This document shows positions 30,680 through 42,895 of a DNA stretch of 64,000 nucleotides, piece after piece. This DNA is from Eledone cirrhosa (Eukaryota). The stretch lies in NCBI GenBank assembly GCA_964016885.1, contig OZ024741.1:236840001-236904000 (forward strand), in the 5' to 3' direction. The position numbers and the translations under genes are program-made. Below the pieces are notes generated by a model, which saw only the letters and a program-made list of their open reading frames with translations, had not been told where the DNA came from and searched no databases. Each line of letters opens with the position of its first letter. Within the stretch, counting starts at the first letter, position 1.

Positions 30680-32395
30680 GAGATATCTATTTGGTTTTGA
30701 TGAAACCCACTTGCAATACCCGAAAGTTTTTGTTTAATCGAGTAAAAATACACAACAAAAACAATTAACTATAAACATATATAAAAACATCTAAAAATAT
30801 AAAGTATATAAAAATTTAACAAAACAAATTCCCCAATAGGGGGCTAACCACACAGGCGCGACCCACGTACCCACCAATCCTGAACCACCCGACGCTTCGA
30901 GGGCACCCGGGAAGGGCATCCCTCTCCTTCTCAAATTAACCAGCCTGCAGGCGCATGCACAGAGTAGACTCATTCACACGAGCCATTTTCACCACATTCA
31001 CCCACCTTTTAGTAAATGAACTGGAGGCAGCACTTCTCTCTCCACATTCACCTTTCTTTGTAAGTGAAACTTGAAAAAGTCGATGAGGGATTGGCCGACG
31101 TGAAAAGTGTCTGTCTTCAGTCCTTTCAGCCTGGTCCTCCACACAACCTCTTGTGCTACCGTCACCAGACGGAGGGAAATTGTCTGTCCTTCCTGGCCAA
31201 AAGAGGGCGACGGGGCAATCTTCACTATGGACTCGGTCGATAGCCGAATCCGTTCTACACGCAACAACAGATGTCCGACATAACTCCACAAGTCAGTAAT
31301 GCACGGACACTGGACGAGTGCGTGCAGAACGGTTTCGTTGTTCTGTGCGCATCTCGAGCAGGTCCGTCTGACAGTCCCTCCGTGCCTGTAGAGTTTATCT
31401 CGAACTAGCAGTGAGTGCCCCAGGTAGCACTGCCAAGCGAGTGATTTCTGGAAGTTATCCATAATTCCCTGCTCGAAAGTCCTCCGAAACAGATTGGTCA
31501 GTTCGAATCTGTGAACGCCCAGAGCCTCTCCTAGTGTGTCATCGCAATTTCCCACCTAATCCTCTATAGAACTCGAGAGTGGAAGTTCCACATTGCTCGC
31601 TGGTAGAGGGCAGTGAGCGCCTGGCAACATTCCAGATGCAAGGCGCCCAGTCTCAGTCTTTTTTTTACCCAAGACTCCAGCTCAGTGAAAGAGATGAGCT
31701 GCAGAAAGCACTGTCTCACAAACGACGACCGCACTTGTTCACCGTGTAGGCAGAATATCTGGTGATGCCGCAGCCTCAGAGCATGTTTGTGCATCATTAG
31801 CCATGGCATGCCCACCCCTCCGCGTAGAGGGTGCTGACAGCAGATGAACCGCCTCACCAACGGAACATGTCCCTTCCACAAGAAGTTGAAGAGGAGCCGT
31901 TCCAATTTGGCGAGTCGCGAACGGGAGCAAGGCACGACGGTAGTAGATGACGGACGTGATGTATGCGTTCGCCACCTACTCCCAACCTTTCAGGGATAGT
32001 TTCCTATTTCTGGGTGAGAGTGGCTACCCTGATCGTAACCTCGCACCAATTCTTATCCGCCTGGCGAAGCTGCTGGACAGCATAAACATGCTTCTCCAGA
32101 TGCCGAGCTGCAAGCCCACCAACTTTTTTTGCTCTCGTTTTGCTCTCGTCAACCTTTCATATTCCTCCAAGGTGCCGACCATCTCGATTTCCGAGGTGTT
32201 CGACACTATCACGGTAATGTCGTCCGCATATGCCGACACAGCCTTTCCGCGTCCTGGTTCCTGCAGGATGCCCTGCAACAGCTGCAGCTTCCGCAGTAAA
32301 GGCTCGAGAGTCAATACTTACAGAAGGGAGAAGAGAGGGCACTCTTGACGGACAGATTGGGAGATCTGAAACGGTTCCGAAAGGTGGCCATTAAC
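30680..32395 (-). mobile_element. Tx1/L1-clade LINE (family B), 5'-truncated: RT end, C-terminal Cys/His domain and 3' UTR
   Basis: SAYADDITV, LERLLFNFLWKG, HPLRGGVGMP and CSRC...ETVLHALVQC, with frameshifts. Confidence 0.92.
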
Positions 32396-32477
32396 TTAAA
32401 ACACCTAGAAGATGCCGCCGTGCCTTGCAGGGATTCTCTGAAGAAGGAACCGAAGCCAGGTTTATGATATATCGCAT

Positions 32478-34560
32478 ATAGAATGGCTAGTTGGTTTTCG
32501 TCGACGCCCAGATTTTCCCCAATAATGCCGTCGCTTTTACTTATTACTAAACCTCTATAGAATGCCAAGGTAGAGTTTCCACCGATCGCAATGTCCGATT
32601 GGCAAAGGGCTGTGAGAGCTTGAAAACATTCCAGTTTCCAAGTGCTCCCTCTCGGTCTCTGCTTGACACGTCTAAGCGACGAGCTGGTGAAAAACGTGCC
32701 TAATGAAAGGTGACACCACCTGTTTTCCGTCAAGAAAAATCAGGAGATGTAATCTCAGCGTGTGTCTGCACATCATCAGCCACAGCATGTCCAGTCCTCC
32801 ACGCAGTGAGTGTTGACAGCAGACGGACCCCCTGACCATCGGAGCGCGTCCCTTCCACAAAAAGCGATATACGCGTTCACCACTTCTGCCTGATCTTTCA
32901 GGGATAGCTTCCTCTCGGCCCATTTCTGGGTGAGAGTGGTCACCCTACTTGTAACTTCGTCCCATTTTTTGTCCGTCTGGGGGTCCGGACCAAACCAGAC
33001 CTCGAGCAATTTAACCGGTGCATCCTGCGTCCAGTGACGCTGTAAGACTGCATGGACCTGCCTCTCCAGGTGCTGAGCCGCAGGCCCACCGACTTTTCCT
33101 GGTTAATCTTTGCTCCTGTCAACGCCTTATATTCTCTCAGAGCAGTGCCGATCACCTCGATATGTTTGGCGCTCGAGATCAATACGATGACGTCGCCGTC
33201 ATAATTTGACACAGCTCTCCTGCATCCTAGTTCGTGCATGATGCCCCCTCAACGGCTCCAGTTTGTGCAGTAATAGCTCTAGAGTCAATACATACATCAG
33301 GGACGAGAGGGGAGAACCTTGGCGAACTGAGCGCATGAGTTTCAACGGTTCTGAAAAGTGACCGTTCACTCTCACCACAGAGCAGATGTCACTGTGCATT
33401 GCAGCGATCCACCCCCTGAAAATGGGCCCAAAGCCGGCTGTCCTGAGGACCGCCGCCAGGTATCGATGGTCGAACCTTATCAAATGCTTTCGATAGATCT
33501 AAGTTGATCAGGTTCCTTAGCTACACTCTCCATGATATATCCATGAAGTGGGTCGGTCTGGAATGGCGCATGTATGCGCTTCTCCCACAAAACTTCCGGC
33601 GACAAGCGCCAACCTCGTCGCTAACATTGGCCAAAATTTTGAACTCTACTTTTATCAGAGTTATGGACCTGACATTATCTACGTTTTCCCCCTGTTCGGG
33701 TCCTTTCTCAGCAGCGCTACCACTCCTCGGCTCACAGAACTGGGAATTCTCCCGTTCTGTTGCCAGTTACAGTAGACGTCTGCCAAGAGGTCACCGAACA
33801 AGTCTGGCATGCGTACGTAAAGCTCATGGGGCAGATTATCCAAACCAGGCGATTTACCCCTCATACAGTCTGTCATTGCCTCCTGAATTTCAGCGCCTGT
33901 TATCGGCCTATCACAGCACTCCACCTCTGTCGCCGAAACCTGCGGTAGGCTGTCGAGGTAGGGACTGAAGTCAATTGCACGATTCGACCCGCCACTACTT
34001 TGATCGTCCTTTTCATGGCGAGCTACCATTAACTAATTCGTTAATCCGATCTCTGTAGGCTTTATGCACCAGGAGCGACGCGTTCAGCTTCCAGTAGTCG
34101 GATCCCTATCTATGTAAACTATCTAGGTTGACCACGCAGATCATAAATTTGTGGCCTGTGTAGCTGACCACATTGGAATGTGGACATCCTATGCTACACC
34201 TGTTTATATCCCTATAGAATACACTATCTAGATACGATCTGGATGACCCGATGTGGCTTGTCCATGTCCACTTAGGCACATTAGGGAAATCCAGATGGTA
34301 CCTGTCAGACAGTTGGAAACGTCTAAGCATGTTTTAGAGGCTTCTACACCTTCCTCCCGTATCCGCTAGTCCCACACAGTATCAGTGTGCATCCAAGATC
34401 CTGTTCCAGTCGCCCACTAACACTAAAGAACGCGACGTTCAAGAAACGTTTCCAGGCGCCGGTACAAATCAGGTCATCCTACCCCTGTCGGAGCGTAGGC
34501 GGCCACAAGCCTGAAAGCGTGCCCTTCTCCGTTGGTCACTTCCAGCACCACCAAGGATTT
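32478..34560 (-). mobile_element. Tx1/L1-clade LINE (family A) degenerate ORF2: endonuclease, RT and part of the C-terminus
   Basis: WTWTSHIGSSRSYLD, GKSPGLDNLP, AFDR..HRYL, VRQGSPLSSL and YDGDV. Homologous to the copies at 38.9 and 42.9 kb. Many indels. Confidence 0.92.
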
Positions 34561-34659
34561 ACATCAAGAAAACATTAGGATGACACAGGACGAAAGCATA
34601 GAGTGTGTGTATGTGTGGATGTATGTATGTGTGGGAGGGTGTATGTGCGGGTATGTGTA

Positions 34660-35265
34660 AACAGATTTAACAATAGTAAAAAGAAAGGTAACAATAAAAA
34701 AATTTAACATTAGGAATTCCTCAATAGGGAAGAGGCGTTCGAGGGCTGCTCATGAAAAACAACCCATAAAACCACAAGCGCTTTGATCTCTAGGGCAAGT
34801 GCCCTGTCTCAGTTGTCCTCCTCCAAACTACAAGCGGATACTCGGAGCGAGCCCATTCTCTCGGGCCATGCTCGCTTCCCTTACCCACCTCGCAACAAAC
34901 TGGCTGAAAGGCAACGAACGCTTCTTTCTCTACCTGATCTTACTTTTCAAATAAAACCTGAAAAAGTTAATTAGGGCTTCGTCGAATAGGAAAGTGCTTC
35001 TCTTCAACCCCTCAGACATGTCCACCATACAATCTTCGCCATGACCACCTAAAAGATAAAAGCAGCCTACGTTTCCTAGCTAAAAGAAGATGGTGGGGCG
35101 ATCATCAAAATGGACTCGACTGACAGCCGGATTCGTCCTACATGCGACAGCGGGTGTTCGACATAATCCAACAAATGAGCAATGCTCGGACACTAGACGA
35201 GTGCATGATGGACAGTTTCGTCGCCTTGCGCACATCTTAGACAGGTCCGGCCCGGATAACGGCAC
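34660..35265 (-). mobile_element. Tx1/L1 3' fragment (zinc-finger region and 3' UTR)
   Basis: Reverse complement aligns with 39800-40350 (GGCGACGAAACTGTCC, CAGGTAGAGAAAGAAG, AGGGCACTTGCCCT, CCCCTATTG). Confidence 0.85.
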
Positions 35266-35409
35266 TTCCATGTATGTATGTGTGCTATATATACATATAT
35301 ATGTGTGTGTATGCAGGTATATATATATATATATATATACATATAATTGTTTCTACATCTTCATATATATATATATATATATATAATAATAATAATATAT
35401 ATATATATA

Positions 35410-35945
35410 GATTGAACTCAACGTTTAAATATAAATATAAATTTTAATGTAGTATAATTAATTAAGAAATTTAATTAATATATGAAAACCTGGACGATAA
35501 ATCTTTTGATTCCTTCACCTTTTTCTTTTTAAACCTTCTTCATAATATAAACAAAGATGTAATTAAATTACTCTAAAATGTATATGCTCCCAATGTATTA
35601 AATAATTTTACGCAAGATAATTTTCTATATCAAATATAAGGGCATCCGTAGAATCACTGGGTCTTCTAAATCTTCTAAATAATTTTGTTAAATAATTTTT
35701 GTTTTTTTTATTTATTTGTTTTTTTACTCTGATTGCTTCTAAAGACTTTGCAATATATTGTCTGAAAAATTGGAGGATAGATTTCTGTGGTAAATAATAT
35801 GAAGCATATTGTTTTTGGCCTGAGATACTCTATAGTGTGTTGAAAATATTTTAGCGTTTTGATGTTTCTGTGCTGATATATTGATATTTGATTATCTCTA
35901 TACAAAGGCCATATGTGTATTAACATGCATATAGAAGGCTTATAG
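35410..35945 (-). mobile_element. Possible highly decayed Penelope-like 3' remnant between (TA)n tracts
   Basis: Weak GIY-YIG-like fragments (IYQHRN..FQHTI, SLEAIRV). No intact motif. Confidence 0.2.
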
Positions 35946-36599
35946 AGTTTATTTTATGTGTTCATGTGTCTGTATGTGTGCATAGAGATGCTGGAATACT
36001 CACGCAGATATCTTGTATATACATATATATATATATAGGTATAGTTCTGTATATGTTACGGATATGCATAATATTAAATACATGAACGGTAATCATATAT
36101 ATGAGGGCATGAATATTAATCGTTTATTTTTTTATGTATATATATAGTGAAATTTTTATAACACAAGAAATTCTTTTTATGACACAAGAAATTATAGAGT
36201 TGATCACGTAAAGTCATGTGTATGTCTATATTATTGACTAGAGCTAGACATAACTTTCTCTTTTTCTTTTTTCAGAAAGTACTTATACGTGTATATATAT
36301 ACATATATATTTCCGTATTTTTATAAATAGGGTAATTTTTTTTTAAGGTTTATCTCAGATTTTGGTACATTGGTACATTGACCTCAGAGTTTTAAACTAA
36401 ACATATGGTCATTATTGAACAAAGTTATTTTCTCATATTATATATCTATGTCTCATTCATGAATATTGATATTTACATTCTATTATCCATTTCATATGAA
36501 TTGATAATTCAAATTGATTTGACATGACGTAAAGATGTAACTGTATCCTTCTATCTCTATATATAGCTCTTTCTCCTCTCTCTTTATATATGATGAAGT

Positions 36600-37010
36600 A
36601 TTATGTATCTGTCGCTTTGGTTTTGCCTCTCATATTTCTCTCTTATTTCTCTCTTGTTTTTTCACTTCCCCCTATCTAGTTATATTTTCTCTCTCTCTCT
36701 CTCTCTCTTTCCTCCCCCTCTCTCTCTCCGTTTTCTCTTTATCTCCATTTTTTCTTTCCCTCCGTCTTTTCTCTAACTGTGCTTAACACTATAACTAAAT
36801 AATTACTGTACTCTCTCTATATATAGTACTCCCTCTCTTTGAATCTCTCTATTTGTATGGTGAATTATTATTTATTATTTATCTGTTGCTTTCTTTTTTC
36901 ACCTCCTCCTTCTTTCTCTCCCCCCCCCCTCTCTGTTTTTCTTTACCTCCGTTTCTTCTTTTTCTCCGTCTTTTTCTAACTGTGCTTAACACTATAACTA
37001 AATAATTATA
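36600..37010. repeat. Degenerate CT-rich direct duplication
   Basis: CTCCGTCTTTT..CTAACTGTGCTTAACACTATAACTAAATAATTA occurs at about 36760 and about 36963. Confidence 0.7.
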
Positions 37011-37098
37011 AACACATCACTACCAAGGCAGCCTCCTATTTTAATGGTCGCTTATATTATGGTACGTCAAAATTATTTATAAAACTGTTTATATATTG

Positions 37099-37164
37099 TA
37101 TTTTATATGACGAAGGCATGCCATATTTTTAATATGGTATCCCTGAAATATGTATAATGAAATA
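37099..37164 (+). ncRNA. Type I hammerhead ribozyme motif (C3 mutated), Penelope pLTR-like
   Basis: TATTTTAT-aTGACGA-[AGGcATGCCATATT ttt AATATGGTATcCCT]-GAAA-T atgt A-TA-ATGAAATA. 8-bp stem I, 13-bp stem II, overlapping AATAAA. Confidence 0.7.
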
Positions 37165-37204
37165 AATATGGTTTTATAAATATAGTTTCCATTTGTTTAA
37201 TATC

Positions 37205-37256
<52 letters not shown>

Positions 37257-37270
37257 GGTGTATGTGTAGA

Positions 37271-37719
<449 letters not shown>

Positions 37720-38183
37720 TCCTATCCGGGAAATGCCTCTCTAGTAACATTGTCTACAAGTGTAAGGTTGAAACACCCATGTCCCGTAGGTCCTACATAG
37801 GGTTAACTGCCAATAGATTCAAGCGGCGTCTTTACATGCATACCCATTCTTTTCTTAACCCTTTAAAAAGGAATATGACGTCACTTTCAGCTTATATCTG
37901 GAGTCTAAAAGGCAACCACACCCAATATAAGTTACACTGAGAGATCCTAGCTAAGGCTAGATCGTATAACGGAAATAAAAGACCATGTGACCTCTGCGCC
38001 GCTGAGGCCCTGGAAATACTCTACGCCAAAGACCACATCTTAAACAAAATGACGTATTATCTTCGTTTTTTTCCGTTCTTTGCCAGAGAACGTTTCCACG
38101 AACCAAAGTATCGTCTTCCTGTCTTCCTTCGGTTGCAACGTTTTTTGAAATATTTACTACTGCGTTCACAGATTGACTTTTTT

Positions 38184-38234
38184 AGTTTCAGAAGATCCCG
38201 TTAAGGGTGAAAGCAGCGATTATTTGCTTAAACT
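38184..38234 (+). ncRNA. Type I hammerhead ribozyme motif (U4 to A) in the pLTR of the Naiad-like fragment
   Basis: AGTTT-CaGAAGA-tCCC gttaa GGGt-GAAA-GCA gcgattatt TGC-TT-AAACT. All three stems can form. Confidence 0.75.
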
Positions 38235-38475
38235 TTAATCTGTTATTTTAATAAATATATATATGTATATATATATAAATAAACAAGTTTAAATGAGTTG
38301 ATAATATAACCATATAAAAGCAAAGCTCAATGTGATTTTGTAGTCCATGGCAAGATAGGTAAAAAAACAGTTCAAAGTTTAATCCAATCGGTAAATTTCC
38401 AACGAAGCATATACAGTATATATACAATATATATACAGTGTATAAAGATTAACAAGGATTGTAATTAAATCATTT

Positions 38476-38551
38476 CATTGATTTACGACCGTTTCGTTAG
38501 ACTAACAAGAGTATTCCATTCCTGTTAAGATAGGCTCATCAGAATCGATTA
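38476..38551 (-). ncRNA. Type I hammerhead ribozyme with intact catalytic core
   Basis: Minus strand GATT-CTGATGA-G..TTAACAGGA/TCTTGTTAG..C-GAAA-C ggtc G-TA-AATC. Core CUGAUGA/GAAA/GUA is intact with a minimal stem III. Confidence 0.8.
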
Positions 38552-38567
38552 AATACACACACATATA

Positions 38568-38760
38568 TTCGGGAGGTTGCGAGTTCGATTCCCGGATGCG
38601 TTATGTCCGTGAGCAAGACACTTCATGTTGCTCTTTCTGTGTTGATACTATCTTTCTGTCAGGAAGATAGTATCAACACAGCAATGGACAGCCCAATGGA
38701 AACATTGTTTCCTTAGTCCGATATGACGAGTTCCTCCTCGGTAAGCGTAGTGACATATTG
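38568..38760 (+). mobile_element. CORE-type SINE (5'-truncated) containing an internal hairpin
   Basis: B box GAGTTCGATTCC, GAGCAAGACACTT, and 3' part CAATGGAAA.ATTGTTTCCT..GTCCGAT.TGACGA shared with 49622-49820. Confidence 0.75.
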
Positions 38761-38889
38761 AAAAAATTGTAAGAAACCTAACCTACATAAAAATAAAGAA
38801 ATCATCATTATTTTATTTTTTTAGTAAAACCCCACTGTCCCCGTCCATTCTATTGTCGGCCCTTGTGGCAAATAAATGAGAGAATTATT

Positions 38890-40495
38890 CACCATAGTAG
38901 TGTCGAACGCCAAACACATCGAGGCGATCGGCACTACACTAAGAGAATACGAAGCGGTGACAGGAGCAATGATCAACCAGGAAAAGTCAGTGGGTCTGCA
39001 GCTCAGCACCTGGAGAGGCAGGTCCATGTCGTCCAACAGCGTCGTCGGGCGCTGGACGGACGGACCGGTTAAATTGCTAGGGGTCTGGTTCGGTCCGGAC
39101 CTCCAGACGGACAAAAACTGGGACGAGGTGACGAACAGGGTGGCTTCTCTCACCCAGAAATGGGCGGAGAGGAAGCTATCCCTGAAAGGTCGAGCGGAGG
39201 TGGCTAACGCGTACATCGCGTCTGTCATCTGCTACCGCCTGACCGTCGTACCTTGTCCTAAGCCTCGCCTGACTGCGCTGGAGCGTTTGCTCTTTCGCTT
39301 TTTGTGGAAGGGACGCGCTCCGATGGGCAAGCGGTCCATCTGCTGTCAACACCCGCTACGTGGAGGGCTGGGCATGCCGTGGCTGATGATGCGCAGACAC
39401 GCGCTCAGGCTACGACATCTCCACCTCTTCTTCGACGGTGATCAGGTGTGGTCGCGTCTTTCCCCAGCTCGTCTCCTTGACGGAGCTGCAGTCCTGGGTC
39501 AAGCGAAGACCGAGAGGGAGCGCTTGGAGACTGGAATGTCTTCAGGCGCTCACAGCCCTCGACCAATCGGGCAATGTGATCGGTGGAAACTCCACCTTGG
39601 CGTTCTATAGAGGATTAGTGGAGGGGAAGAGCGACGACGTACTTGGGGAAACTCTAGGCGTCGACGAAAATCAACTAGCCAATCTCTTCGGAAGAACTTT
39701 CGGGCCGGGGCCTATGGACAACTTCCAGAAATCCCTGGCCTGGCAGTGCTACCGAGGAGCTTTGCCAGTTCGGGATAAACTCTACAGGTATGGAGGTGCC
39801 GTCAGCCGGGAATGTCCGAGATGCGCGCAGGGCGACGAAACCGTCCTGCACGCACTCGTCCAGTGTCCGAGCATTGCTGACTTGTGGGTTTATGTCGAAC
39901 ACCTGCTGTCGCGTGTAGGACGGATCCAGCTATCAGCTGAGTCCATCGTGAGGATTGCCCCGCCCTCCTTCTTTAGCCGGGAAGGGCAGAGAGTTTTTAT
40001 CTGTCTGGTGGCCATGGCGAAAGAGATAGTATGGTGGACACGTTTGAAAGAGCTGAAGACGAGCACTTACCTCTTCGGTGATGTCCTGATTAACTTTTTC
40101 AAATTTCATTTGAAAAAGAAAATCAGGGTAGAGAGGGAAGTGCTCTCTTCCCAGCATTTTGTTGAAAGATGGGTGAGAGAGGCAAGAATGGCCCGAGTGA
40201 ATGGGCCTACTCTGAGTATGTGTCTGTAAATTAAAGGTGGAAAACTGTGAGAGGGTACTTGCCCTGGTGGTCAGGGTCACTGTGGGTTTTTAATGGGCTT
40301 TCTCCACGAACGTCCCTCAGAAGTCTCCCCCCTATTGGGGAATTTTTCATCGTTATTTTTTTTGTTACATCCTCTGTTTTTGTTTTTTACACGCAGAAAT
40401 GCCCATTTGTACCGTCCTGTATTGTCCTGCACTGTCCTTAATGTCTACTTTATGTAAACCCTTGTGGTTAATAAAGAAAGCATTATTATTATTAT
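38890..40495 (+). mobile_element. Tx1/L1 LINE family A, 5'-truncated just after the YADD motif, with 3' UTR and (ATT)n tail
   Basis: ORFs 38876-39610 and 39438-40229 (INQEKS, LLGVWF, LSLKGR, FLWKG, CPRC..ETVLHALVQC) joined by one frameshift. Ends AATAAAGAAAGC(ATT)n. Confidence 0.96.
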
Positions 40496-40559
40496 AAACA
40501 ACTGAAAAGAACAAACCTTTGCGGAGCTCACGATAATACGATTTACTACGTAGGTCGCC

Positions 40560-40596
<37 letters not shown>

Positions 40597-40658
40597 TTTT
40601 CTTTATTAACCACAAGGGTTTACATAAAGTAGACATTAAGGACAGTACAGGACAATGC
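40496..40658 (-). mobile_element. Inverted Tx1 tail-to-head junction fragment (3' UTR end - (ATT)n - 5' end)
   Basis: Reverse complement equals the last ~63 nt of the element, then (ATT)n, then the first ~64 nt (GGCGACCTACG...). Confidence 0.92.
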
Positions 40659-40696
40659 ACTGGGTAATTGCTGGCCTTGTGCCTAAAGTAGAAACA

Positions 40697-40732
<36 letters not shown>

Positions 40733-40932
40733 GGCGACCTACGTAGTAAATCGTATTATCGTGAGCTCCGCAAAGGTTTGTTATTTTCAGTTGTTTAAAA
40801 TTGCCATTTTTTGAAAATTTTTATTGTTAACTGTATATAAGTGCACATACATTGTTTTCTGAAAAGGACGCTCAAAATTTAAACTTTTATAATTATCAAA
40901 AAAAAAAAAAAAAAAAATTTCTTTGAATAATC

Positions 40933-42856
40933 ATGGCCGACTCACAGCTGAACCCAGTAGCTGAGAGCCTTCCTCACAAACTAACACCTCACACCGACAC
41001 CACCATTATAAATATTACTACGTTTGCCAACACTAAAAATATAAGCAGTAGCAATATTTTAAATTTGTCTCAGGCAGACATTCATTTCCCGCCATTACCA
41101 ATGACTGCAGGTGTTGAAGCCGCCACCCCCACCACCACCACAGCGACAACAGAAACAAAAGAAAAAATAAATTATCTCGTGATATCGAAACGAATTCAGC
41201 CAAAATGAACTCTTCCACACCGAACACCACTGACGCCACCACCACCACAACTGAAACTAAAATTAACAATAACAAAAATAACTATAACAACAACAGCAAC
41301 AATGAGAATAAGAAAACCCTGCTTTTGCCAGAGTAGCAAAAAAGTGCGAAGCATTCCAGGTAACTCAGGAGGAATTAGAAGAAGCCAAAAAAATGGTAAA
41401 GAAAGATGGGTACAGGGTCAGCTCCCCCCCACACACACACACACACACCTAATAAAATGGAGCATCGGCGCCTATGCACCGTGTCTTATCGGACGATTAA
41501 CATAAAATCGCGCCGAGTGGAACGGGCATTCGAGTCCCAAATCCAAAAAGCTTTGGGACATGTGTGGGCAAAAAAAACCCACATCAGACGTGGGTAGAAA
41601 TATGGAACGGTGGACGTGTTCTTTGAAACACCACAGGAGGCCAGAGAACACTCCATGGCCCCATTAAGAAGTGACGAATTCACACTCGTCCCAAGCTATT
41701 GTGGGCAGAGACTCGTGAAGATCAGGGTGACCCACGTTCCACCGGCCATCGAAATTCCCTGGCTAATGGCTGCCGTCCTCGCCGGCATCGAAGCCAACAC
41801 CAAGATAATTGAAATAGCGAAAGAAAAGCAGGAGAACTGGTCCGGATCTGGGATGGAGCTCCTGGTCCAAGCGGACCAAAAAAGCATTGAGGAGATCCCA
41901 GAGGTAATAGACCTCACTGACAGCAGCCACCTCACCGTAATCGTCGAGGGCAGAAGGCCTAGGTGTGGCGTTTGTGGTGAAGGAACCCACCTAAGGGCTT
42001 TCTGCCCTCAGGCTAAAACGTTGAGGCCACCTCTCTTACCCACCCCAGTGACTCAACCATCAACACCACCAGCAGCAGAAATGGCAGCAACAACTGTAGT
42101 AGCAACAACAGAAGCAACTGTAACAGCAACAACCCCAGCAACAGTAGCAAAACCAACACCACCACCACCCAACGCGCCAGAACTAGCACCAGCGCCTACA
42201 CCATCCACCACGCCACAACCAAAACCAACGCCTGTGGAGGATTTTCCACTCCCCGGCCTATCACAACTGGAGACAGATTGTGACGACGAGGAGTGGGAAA
42301 CGGTATCAGAAAAAAAGAAAAAAAGAAAAAGAAACCAAAAAAGAAAAAATCCCCTTCTTCCCCCGCCAAAAACAAAATACAGAGGGAAACAAATAAACTA
42401 TCAAACAAAAAAGTTAGGACAGCTATGCTACCATCCACACCAGCATCACCAACCCCATCACCACAAACACCAACACCACCATCACCAACACCACAAAAGT
42501 CACCAAAAAGCGAAACAGAAACAAACCCACAACAAACGTAAACAAAACAAAATAACCAAAACGATACACAATACACAGCAATAAATTTGAACAACAATCA
42601 ATTATTACACTACATCCAACACAACACCAGCATCACAGAAAAATACTACACAACAACCCAAAAGTTCACACCACCTCCACACATACAAATCACTCGCATC
42701 ACACAGAAAACTTACACGACACTAAAACAAAAATTCCCCAAAGACATCGGAGACTTCCGACAAGCACCTCCAGGAGGATTTATAAGGACATCCTTCCGGA
42801 GGAGGCCAGAAGCAGTGAAAAGGATGGAGAAACCATCCTTCCTCTACGAGAAGTAA
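40933..42856 (+). pseudogene. Tx1 ORF1 (gag-like), frameshifted in homopolymer and CA runs
   Basis: Zinc knuckle CGVCGEGTHLRAFC (CX2CX4HX4C), Pro/Thr-rich linker and EEWETVSEKKKK motif. Split across ORFs starting at 40933, 41610, 42293 and 42587. Confidence 0.85.
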
Positions 42857-42895
42857 GGTAAGTGGTCTTTCCCATCTTTTCCACTCCATTTCAAC

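Noticed and set aside
32395-32478. CTGAAGAAGGAACCGAAG as a hammerhead in the filler between two Tx1 pieces
   Set aside because: Stem II is too short, there is no GAAA, and no stem I.
37938-37940. In-frame TGA as selenocysteine
   Set aside because: It lies at an expected Trp (TGG to TGA), not a Cys, and no SECIS was recognised.
40733-40800. HDV-like ribozyme or tRNA-derived head at the Tx1 5' end
   Set aside because: Only a weak GU-rich P1 could be drawn. The nested pseudoknot and a B box are not evident.
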